Source of the DNA: Paraspadella gotoi
Lineage: Eukaryota > Animalia > Chaetognatha
Reading direction: 5' to 3'
Assembly (NCBI GenBank): GCA_051294375.1
Contig: CM119264.1
Coordinates: 31,004,135-31,068,134 of the forward strand
DNA length: 64,000 nucleotides
The notes under the pieces are model-generated. The model was given only the letters and a program-made list of their open reading frames with translations. It was not told the origin of the DNA and did not search any database. Of the stretch, positions 53,436 to 64,000 are shown one piece after another; position 1 is the first letter of the stretch, and every line of letters begins with the position of its first letter. A program made the position numbers and the translations under genes.

Positions 53436-56400
53436 TAATTCGTTCATTTAATTTTTACACTATAATTTGTGTTCAATTTCATGATTTAGTTTTTTGTTGT
53501 TTTTCTTAAGGTCACCCTATACTTCTATCTCTAGTTTTTATTTATTTCCATCTTTCTGTAATTTCCTCTAATTTCTCTCTTTTGCCTTCATTTAACTTAA
53601 TTTCATATTCAATTGATGTCCCCTCCATTTTCATTCTTATCTCCCCGTTCCCGAAGTCAGATCTCTCACCCCCCTTTTTTTTCTCATGAATCGTAATTCT
53701 TTTGAATTTTAGCTTTTAATTTGACGAGGGATTTCTTAATTTATTACGTTTAATTAGTTTCTGACTCTCAGAGTAATAATAGATTTAGTTGTTGGCATGA
53801 TTTCTATACGGGTATTTTCAACAATGAAATTGAAAACTTATTAACTATATTTATTTATTCCCACTGATAATATAACGACAGCGCTTTAATTTAAAAAAAC
53901 GGTTGGCTAATTAGTTATCTTCTCCTTATTAAACATAGAACTCATCTGGAGAATTTCTATGCTTTCCAAAATTACCGGTAAGACATAATTTTTCTTTACG
54001 TTAATCATTCTATTTATTGTTTCTGCCCCTTATTTAAGATGAAACTAAAAACGATTTTTTATGGTAAGAGGCAAAAACTTTAAAGATTTGAATTGCTCCG
54101 TCAGATATTAGGCAAAAAAAAACGGCCACTATATTTTAAAAAACTTTTTTCCATTTTTTCCACTACTTTTTTCTCTCTTTAACTTCTCTCTGTCCCTCTC
54201 TTTTTCTCCCTTTTCTCCCGACTTTTCTGTCCTCATATTTTCTCTGTGTCATCCCTTCTTTTCTTCCTTTACCTTTATTTTCCTTCCTCTCTATCTCTCT
54301 TTTTCTCCCTCTCTGATTCTTTTTCTTCCCTCTTTTATCTTTTCTTTTCTCTTAATTGTTCTCCTTCTCCCGACCTTCTCCCATGTATCCAATTCTTTTC
54401 CCACTATTCTCTCTCTCCCTGAAGCTTTTTTTTCACCCATGCTCTCTCCTCTCTCTATTCTTTTTCTCATTCTCACTTCATTTTGCATTTAATCATACTA
54501 GATGTAAAAAAATTTCTTTTTCCGCAAAAACTTGTCGTATGAGAGAAGATTAATTTCACTGACGCCTTCCCCTTTCATTAAAAAGAAAGCGTTTTTTGTT
54601 ATATTTTTCTACTTTAGTGTGTTTTCTCATCTATTTAAAAACTATAAAATAAGTCAGAATAATTCGAGCTTTAGTTCAAAATTAAAAGTAGGCTTAAAAA
54701 TTATTGCAGCAAAAGTATTACAATTTTTGTGACCTAATTTTTTAGTTACCAGAAGCACCGTTGATAGGGAATATTTTGATTAGAATTGTGGACATTTTGA
54801 ATATTTTCGTTTAACAAATTGTAATAAAAATATAAAAATGTAAGTTTTTCACTAGTCATTTTAAAAATAATTTGATAGACAAACAATAGGATTGATAAAA
54901 TGTTCAAATGAAACAACTCAGAGGTTAAAGAAGATAAGAAGGACCCGAAATCCGGTCAGTAAAAAATTTTTTCCTTCAACTATCTTGACGTTCAAATGTC
55001 CAAGACAAAAGTCAATGGGACAAAAATGGACATAATTTTTTCTTATTAAAAGTGCAAAAACTGGTAGTTATTCTTGATTAGAAAATGCAGGGCAGATGAC
55101 TTGAATTAATTCGTAGTCCAGGCCCTCTTTGTCTTTAGGCATTCAAAATTTAATCATATTGTTTGGTAATATTCTAACTTATATAGGCAAAAAAGTGGTT
55201 TTTTTGCTGAATTCCTCATAGAAATCCACTGCCTTGTATTCCGACGATTTGTTTTTTCCGGGTTGAATGGAGGGAAATCGGTGAATAAGAATTTGAATTA
55301 ACTTATTTTGTTTAAACGTATTTAAATAAATGAAAATTAAAAAAAAATTCATGTCTTTGGATGACAAATCAATGTACACTTTTTTTATCTTACAGGTCTG
55401 ACTCCAATTCAGCTAGTTAATATCCTATGTTCATTATCCAGTTCCATGAAATGAGTACTTAAGCTTCTTTTTGGCGCAGGATTCTGGCGATTCTGGCCAA
55501 TCAATCAAGTTTCCTTGAAAATAATTATTGAAACTATAAATAAGGATTTATAATTTTTAAATTATGTAAAATTATGTCCAAAAGAAATCAAAATTTAATG
55601 CAATTAGTGTAACATAGGGGACTTGATCCAATCGAGCAAATAGAAGTTAAAATTGTTTTCATTTTCTTAATTTAAATCTGATTGAAATTTATTTTTAATA
55701 CATTTAGTTATACCGCGAAAATATACAAATAGTAAGCTAGGGAAGAGCAACAAATAAGCTAAGACTTTAATAAAATATTATGGCTCTAGAGCAATACCAT
55801 ATCATTTTTCGATAATCGATACTACGTTAGCAAATCTTGGCCTATCACTATCAGAGAGGAAATATTAGAATTAATTACATAAAATTCAGCTCCTTGTATT
55901 TTGATGCTAGTGCGGAGTACAATAAGTATTCCCCGATCTTATACTTAAGGGAGTGGTCTTTTCATACAATTGAAACATTCTTTGAAATATTTTTCACTTC
56001 ATTGATAGGGAAGCCAGGTACACTGGGAGTGAATAAATGAGACTGTGAGAGAGTCTTGATTGAAAGCTTGCAGGGACTTGCTATGTCATTATCTTGTAAG
56101 AGTGATGGAGGCCTTAAACCACCAAAGCCTGTCCAAAGTCAGGGGCAAGATAGCTTATTAATTAAATGAATGGATAATTTTTATATTGGTTGTACCAATT
56201 TCATAAGGAAAATGGAATAACCCTTAATTTACATTAATATCCACTAAAACATTAAAAGAGGCGTCACTTGAATTAGACCAGGACAATCATTTTTTTCATT
56301 AGTAATAGTGTACTTCCAATTGGTCGTACACTATTACTGCTAATAAATAGAACAAGATTAGATATAATTCTGCCCCTATGAATTCAGTCATTAAAAAATA

Positions 56401-57564
56401 AAAGAAAACAGTTATACCCAATACTATGCTTAATCCTGCTTCCCTTTTTCCTATTATTAACTTTATTAGGATTGAATTACATAACATCTATGATTCTATA
56501 TATGTTATCCTTTACCATGTAACCCTAAATTTCTTTATTTTCCATGTTTGATTTTAGATAAAAATTAAAGATAATTTACCTCAGTAAATCTTAACCCTCG
56601 TTATTTTCTTTTGCTTAATTACATATAAAATACTTTTACTTTATTATGTAAATAAGATTAATTATTGTTTCTGAGTAGAAGAATCACAAGACAAGCTTGG
56701 GTCGGCAGTCGTATGCGGAAAGTCAATGGTCCGGTCCAATGTCTATTGTCTATTCAGTTCGCTTGATATGAATCTCTCGTTTTCTCAATTTTTTTGCCGC
56801 TGAATGCGAAGAATCGCGTCTTTCGTTTTTCGATCTCGCGTCAAATCGAAACTCATGAGATTCCGGCCCCGCTTCTTCGTCGTGCGGCAGCGGCTGAGGC
56901 GGCGCCTCCGCCGGTATCTCTCGGCTTTCTCTAGGAGATCCTCATTCTCTCTCTCTCTCTCTCTCTCTCACTACACCATTGCCGCTCGCGTCGCCGCCGA
57001 AATCTCATTCCTCAACAATCGAATTTGTTTAGAGAGCGAGATATTCGATCCCCTACCCTCGGCCCGATGTCGGGAACTCTTCAAATCTTCTTCCTCTTCC
57101 TCCTCCGGTCACTCACCCTGTACTGACCCCTCGTACGTTCACCCAGTTACCCAATTCTCTCTCTTTTCTCGCAGCTGCCGCAGGTCAGTTCACCTTTTCA
57201 CAACTTGGTTTCGTTTACTCAATTTTCTTCCGCGTTCACATCTGCGATTTTTTTTTTTTATCGCCGGACAGAATATTATTTTTTGTTTTTATTTTGTTTT
57301 TGCGAATTAAACTAATCAAATTTCATTCCTCACTTTTTTTTTCATTTTAAGTTTAACAGTTCCAAACGGACCCTTACTGACCTTATCAACTGACCTTATC
57401 GAGGACGGCTTCATTGGAGGCGCACACCCGATTTTGCCAAGGCAAGTCGGCGCCGTTATTTTGCCTCTCCCTCAATTAGGCGGCTCATCGACCTTACCCT
57501 TTTCGAAGCTCGCCTCTTTTTTCGCCTTCCGCCCTTCATTCGGCGGCCAAACCACAACTCCATC

Positions 57565-59188
57565 ATGTCGGTCAACGACTCCAGCTCGACTGCATCACAT
57601 CCTCATCATTACTACGACGGCGCCGCCGCTTATCCGCCCACCTATGTGATCGCTCCACATGTGGTTCCATCGGACGGACACGCGCCGCCGCCTCATAGTG
57701 TGGTTCGTACAATTTAATGATATATATTTATTATTATAATGTCATCAACAACAACAACGATCAACAAACGATGGAATGTAATATATTTTGAACGAGTTTG
57801 TTCATATTTGGCACGTAGTTTTACCGCGCACTTATTATTATTATTTCTTTCCTCTCTCTCCCTCCCGTTTCTCCTCCTCATTTCTCCCACCTCGCACGTG
57901 TCCCCACCAACAAATCAGCTGCCCACGCAGCCACGTCCTCCTTCCCTGACTCCACCTCATTCGATTGCCTACGGAGCTGATGGCAGTTCTCACGCAAGCA
58001 ATGAGGCTTTGTTGATGCCACCAGGACCCTTGCCTCCTCTTGGCGTCCTCAGTCATTCGCCTCCTAACAGCATCCAAGGTCCATCACCTCCACTCATCGC
58101 CGATAGCTATCTCGCTCCAGTGATGGCCCAAAGACCGTCGCCTCCTATAAGCGCTAATAGCTATTCCGCTCCAGCAATGGCCATTGGTCACTCGCCTCCA
58201 CACAGCACCAACAGCTGTCCCGCTCCAGCTATGGACATTGGTCACTCACCTACACACAGTACCATCTATCCCCCTCCAGCAATGGCCATAGGTCACTCAC
58301 CTTCACAGAGCACCAACAGCTTTCCCCCTCCAGCAATGGCCATTGGTTACTCACTTCCACACAGCAGTATCTATCCCGCTTCAGACATGGTCATATGTCA
58401 CTCGCCTCCACACAGCACCAACAGCTATCCCCCTCCAGCAATGGCTATTAGTCACTCACCTCCACAGAGCACCTACAGCTATTCCGCTCCAGCAATGGCC
58501 ATTGGTCACTCACCGCCACACAGCACCAACAGCTATCCCCCTCCAGCAATGGCCATTGGTCACTCACCTCCACACAGCACCAACAGCTATCCCGCTACAG
58601 CAATGGCCATAGGTCGCTCGCCTCCAGCTCAAGTAATGTCCTATGGTCATTCCCTGCCCGCTGGGGCGCCGCCGGTCACATTTTATTCAATGCCTCCTTT
58701 GGCATCCGCCCATGTCACGCCCTCTGCAGCTCCTGGCCTTGTAATGAACCCTGGCGGTCTCGGAATCCCTTCGGGTCATCTTAATTTCAATGGCCCTCAG
58801 ACCCATGCCTCCAATTCCGCCCTCCCAGCTCAAGCCGCGCCCTCTGGCGGCTCTGCCGCCGCTGCTGAGCCTTTTTGCGGAGTCAATGGGCTCTCTACTT
58901 TTGTCGCTAATCCTAATCTTTACGGCGCTAATCCTAATCTTTACGGCGCTAATCCTAATATTTACGGCGCTAATCCTAACCTTAACGCCAATTCTTTGGC
59001 TTCTAACGCTCCCTACGGCGCTAACTCGCCGCCTACTGGTACCACCTACATTTCTTTCTCGAACGGTTCGCCTCCTCACGGTCTCGAGACGGCTCGTTAT
59101 CCGGACGAGCTACCAGATTCGCCCTCCGACTCAAAACCCAAAAGATATAAAGCCAAATCTTCGCGATCTCCTAAATCAAGAAAAGAGG
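57565..59188 (+). CDS. 5' part of an unidentified gene with a Pro/His/Ser-rich repetitive N-terminus; continues beyond the identified exons
   Basis: Exon 57565-57702 (MSVNDSSSTASHPHHYYD...) joins in phase 0 to 57919-59188, which ends KRYKAKSSRSPKSRKEG|gtgagt. An upstream CpG-rich non-coding exon ends at the donor at 57183. Confidence 0.7.
58100..58630 (+). repeat. 51/54-bp coding minisatellite (PAMAIGHSPPHSTNSYPP) x~9-10; separate 21-bp ANPNLYG x3 repeat at ~58906-58980
   Basis: Unit ccagcaatggccattggtcactcacctccacacagcaccaacagctatccccct, kept in frame throughout. Confidence 0.9.
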
Positions 59189-61893
59189 GTGAGTTGGATT
59201 TATTTAGATTCAATGTTTAGCGTAACTTTATATATTTGTTCGATTATGTAATATGTAATCTATTTATATAGATTTCGCCCATTAACTCTCTTTCGATGGA
59301 GTAAATTGTCCCGAGTAAAAGTTGAAATTCGGGTCCCGCGATGACCTTATCATTTCTCTCTCTCTCTCTGACCCAGTTTTGGGCCTTCTGCCCGCCGGCG
59401 TCGAGGGAGGATATCGAACCCTTGAATTCATCCTCTCCTTATCTTCATCTTCTTCCTCTTCACACTTTTCCTTTTTATCTTATCTTTAATATCAACAATA
59501 TTTTAACAATTAATTACAATATTTGAACAATTAATGGAGTAATTATCCGTTTATTTATTAATTTCTCTTTTTTGGCCCACCATAGGACAGGCAATAGTGG
59601 GTCAAAGTCTTACAAGATTTTAACCTAAGATTGTAGTCGGGCATTGCCTAGCGCCTTATCCACAAGATGTATTATTTTTGAAATATATATTTTCATTATG
59701 AGAATTATTTTATTTTGTTACTTTTTTCACTCATCCCATTCTCAGTTTATTTTCTCTTCTTCCTTAATCTTTTCCCATTCGTGAAACCCGATAGAGGAAA
59801 TGTTGACACAAGTTTTGACAGTTTCGCGTGATTCGTGAATCGTCATTGTCGTCCCCTCTCCCCCCCCCCTTGGTTTCGCCCTGGATGTTAAACTCAGCCG
59901 GTGCCATTTATCGTTTGACCAATGAGTGTCTCTTGAAATTTCTTCTCGCGTCGCTGATTCGATTCCGGCTTTTACGTTCGATTCCTATGCGATTGTCTAC
60001 TATTTTCTTTATAATCGGTAGCACTTTTCTAGAAATAGTGAATATCATGAGCTCATGGACGACTTAATTGCAATCGCGGGTCTCTCAGACAATTTCCAGA
60101 ATCGATATCTGTCCTGTGAAAAGGATGCTTTATATCCTTCTCTCGGGACAACGAAAGCGTGCCGCCGGGGCTTGAGCCTATTCCGCGGCTTTACGCCTCT
60201 TTGGAAAGGGGTAAACTTTTCAAAGGTGGTGTCTGTTGAGGCGGTCAATGGGGCGGGGATGTTAAAAAAGGTGGTCAATGGAGCGGGGGTGGAAATGGGG
60301 TGGTCAAAAGAACGGGGTTAGCAAAAGTGGTCCGTAGAGTGGGGCGGAAGACTTTAAAAACTAAAAGTTCTGTAATATAAATAATATTAAAGACATTTTC
60401 ATAACTTTTAAATGGGTATAGGCTTTTATTTAAAACTAAAAGGTGGTGATAGGAACTGGGATGGCAAAGTGATTGTTAAAAATTAAGGGGAGCAAGATGA
60501 AGGCGATGAAGCGTGGGAGGCAGATGGAGCAGAGTTGGCGAAAGTAGTGACCATTGACATCGCGGTCAAGGGTCTTACACGAATACAAGGAAAAGGAAAA
60601 CATTCTCGTATAATAAAAACAAACTTGACTTTTGTACACAAAATTGTTGGCAGACAAACGGGTGGGACTCAGGGGGTGAAACCTGATCCAATATGAGACG
60701 AAATAAGAGTTTAGGAATGAGATGGGATAGAGATGTAATGGAGATGGGATATAGATGGGATGGAGATGGAATGGGGAATGTCGGCACTGGGCCGGGATGT
60801 GGCTGAGGATCTGGGAGGACAGGAAAAGAAACTATAGTTAAAATCGTATCGCGCACTTTTGATAATGTTTGTGTTTTTCTTTTCATAGCGCTTTAGGTTG
60901 AGATTTGTTTTATTACTGTCGGGAACAAACTCTTGTAAAATCTCTGCCCCTTTGGACTGCAGCCGCACATCGACCCCTTAGGGGGTCCGCAAGGTTTGCC
61001 CCCTGTCTCTCCCTCTTTCTCTCTCTCCCTCTTTTTCTCTCTCTCTCTTTCCCCTTCTGTCTTTCCCTTCCGTTTATCCGTTTTTCTTTTCATAATTTTT
61101 CCCTCAAATTCTCGATCTCCTTGTCCTCGATTCTTATTCTTCTCCCCCCTGACCCCCCTTCCCCCCCCTTCCTTCGACCCCCCACTTTTATTTTCTTCGA
61201 ATCACAAATGGTTTGGAGGACAAGGTCGGCCTCACAAATTTCGACCACAGAAATCTCATGATTTCTGTGGTCGATTCTTAAATCCTTTTCAACGGCGGTT
61301 TCTTTCTTTCCTTTTTTTTTTTTTGTGCTTCTCTGCTCGGGAGGTTTTGACCCATAGGTTAGGGGGTCAATATATCTTTTTTTTTTCTTAAAAAAAAATT
61401 GAATTTTATTTTTTCATTTAAAATTTAATTTAATCTTTACTTAATTTTCAATATATTTTGTATGGAACCAGTTTAATTTTTTTTTCATTTTGAATAGAAA
61501 AAAATATGAAAAATTTCAAGATTACCTTTTTTATTGAATTAGACTTTAAAATTTTATAGTAAAATTGTAAAATGTAAAAATTTAATAAATTTCACTATTG
61601 AGTTTCCTGTGATGATATATTAGATTTAAATATATTCTTTATAAAAGAAGTAAGAAATTGATTAAATTTTTATCAAACGACTCGCGGGTGAAATCCATCG
61701 ATCCCTCGATCCCTTCGTCCTTCCACAAGATATTATTTTCTTTGGAAAAGGAGAGGGGTCATATCCCAGGCCCTAGTCCAGAGGGAGAAAGCCTTTTCTT
61801 CATATGTGGTCACAATTTTTCCCCCAACGATCTCTTTTTCCCTTTTTTGATCGGTTGTCCTTACAAATTTTGCTCGTAAAAAAAAAAAGATTC

Positions 61894-61935
<42 letters not shown>

Positions 61936-64000
61936 TAGGGGGGTCCCTCCGGTTTTAATCGGTCCCCAAAAACAAGACGACATCGACTCTCCTGCGAGGA
62001 AACCCGTTTTAATCCCTCTCTCTCTTTATCTCTCTCTCCTTCCTTTAGTTCAGGCCAACTTTAGTTTAGGCCCATTTTTCTCCCCCCCCCCTCCAAAGTT
62101 TATCCTTTTTGATTTGGTTCTCCCTCAATGCCACTAACCTCGTCTTTTCTTGGTCGTCCTTTTTGTCGTCGTCGTCCTTCGTCTCCTGGTCAATCTGTCG
62201 ATCACATTGTTTCTATTTCTCCCTTTGATTTTCTGTCTCCTTCGCCGACGGGCTGACAATTTTTTTTTTTACAATTGCCCAAGAGGTTTTGAAGAAAGGG
62301 CTGACTCTCTCTCTCTCTCTTTAATCTCTTTTTTTTGGGGGGAATGGGGGCGGGGGGGGGCTGAACCTGCTACGAGACGTCGTGTCGTCAGATGGATTTT
62401 ATGAAAAGACTTTGTCTCGATCTGAGAATTAAGAAGGAAACCAGAGGGGGGGGGGATCTGTGAGAGAGAAAGAGAGAAAGAAAGGAATCATAAGAACTTG
62501 AGGGAAAGAGAGAGAGAACAAGAAAGACCTCAAACCGAGAGAGAACAAGAGCGAGAGTGACCCGAGAACGAGAGAGACCGAGAGAGAAAACTGGGGGGAG
62601 AAAGACCTTAGACCAAGAGAGAGGCCGAGAGAGAGAGAGAGAGAGAGAGAGACCTTAGACCGAGGGACCAAGAGGGATGGAGAGAGAGACACACACAGAG
62701 AATTCGTGGGCTAATTTTTTTTTTTGGTAGAAAAGGTGACGGGGGGATACATTAGCGAAAAGAAAGAGGAAAGTTAAAGGTGGCCTTCTGACATGTTTAA
62801 AGAGTGAAATCCGGATTTAAAAATCTGGAGAGGCGTACTTGTGAGAATTAGGTTTTAAACGTATAAAATATAATACAGATGATAGAAGGTAGAATTTATA
62901 AAAATTATACCATGTCTATGGTTTTCGAATATATGTAAAATATTTATAGAATTGGGACCATAAAAGATATATATAAGAACATAGAATGTAAAAAACAGAG
63001 AAATAGAATTAACAAAATAGAAATAAAAATATACAACATAAATATATAATAATGATAATGATAATCCTTTCTTTTCGTTGTTATTTAATATTGAGAGAAA
63101 ACAAAGCATCAGCATGATGAAGACTCGAACCCAAAGAGTCGAAACATGTCCGTCTATTAAAATAAATCGTTGTCACAAATTCAAAAACACTTTTTCTCTC
63201 AACATAAAAATAAAAAATAAGAATTTTTACCTTAAGTTTTAGACTTTTTCTTAGCTGATAATAATAATGATCGCGCTATAGACAATAGAGTGGAGCACTC
63301 GAGAACAAAAAATTTATTTGAATGATCGAACAATGATATTTAGATGTGAGATAGTATGATTAATTAGTACAAAAAATATTTTGTTCATATTTTCTCGGGA
63401 ACAGAATAGTAAAATATAATATATTTGTAGTAATATCCTTATAAAATAGTAAATTTTAAAAATAATTTTTATAAAACTTTTAATAAAGATTCAGATTCTT
63501 CATAAAAAGTTGAATCAAAAATATAAAACATGTTATCAAAAATTATATCATCTTCAATGTTTAAAATAAGAAAAAAGGTGAAAATTCCTAACTTTTTTAT
63601 TCTCTGTAATAGAAACTTATATATGTTAAAACGTTTTAATGATTTTTTGTGATCTAAACATTAAAATATCATATAACATATTTTATAAAAGTTTCTTAGT
63701 TTTTTACAGCGAATCCAAATCGGTTCTTAAAAATAAAAAAAATTTATTTTGAAATTTGATGATTTTATAAGGATATTACTACATAAATAATTGAACTTGC
63801 TATACTGTTATGCTAAAAAAAATTTTAAAAGGATTTAAAATTCATTAATTATATGTCCATAGGCAGCAAAAAAATAATGTTCAATCACTCAATCTTTTCA
63901 TCACTCCACCCTAATAGACAATAGATGATTAGCCTTTCATTCGTGCCGTCTCTTCCCAGTGTATTTGCCGTCCTACATGAAAGGGGACGAAACCTGCTTG

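Overview
This is eukaryotic DNA, most likely from an invertebrate animal. It has GT-AG introns, CpG-rich exons, AT-rich introns, (GA)n/(CT)n microsatellites and several N gaps. Genes reconstructed by hand from splice sites and frame continuity, in order: the 3' part of an unidentified low-complexity gene (+, 1-4022); a USP37-like deubiquitinase (-, 4508-10088); ERp44 (+, 11537-16708), head-to-head with USP37; an intron-containing tRNA-Ile(UAU) (-); O-GlcNAc transferase OGT (+, 21227-36745); an F-box/LRR-like gene (+, 40862-44110); and the 5' part of a Pro/His-rich repeat gene (+, from 57565). The most striking feature is a complete 12-exon Rh-type ammonia transporter gene nested on the SAME strand inside one OGT intron. 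It is bracketed by a perfect 18-bp inverted repeat that could base-pair in the OGT pre-mRNA and loop the whole nested gene out. Other highlights are a probable ~200-aa His-rich OGT C-terminal extension, a candidate internal first exon of ERp44, and a family of ~250-bp elements combining 4-bp target-site duplications, tRNA-like Pol III boxes and a covarying terminal hairpin. The 44.4-53.5 kb region is mostly repeats, including a ~5.4-kb palindrome that is probably an assembly artefact. All gene models are manual predictions; no database searches were run.
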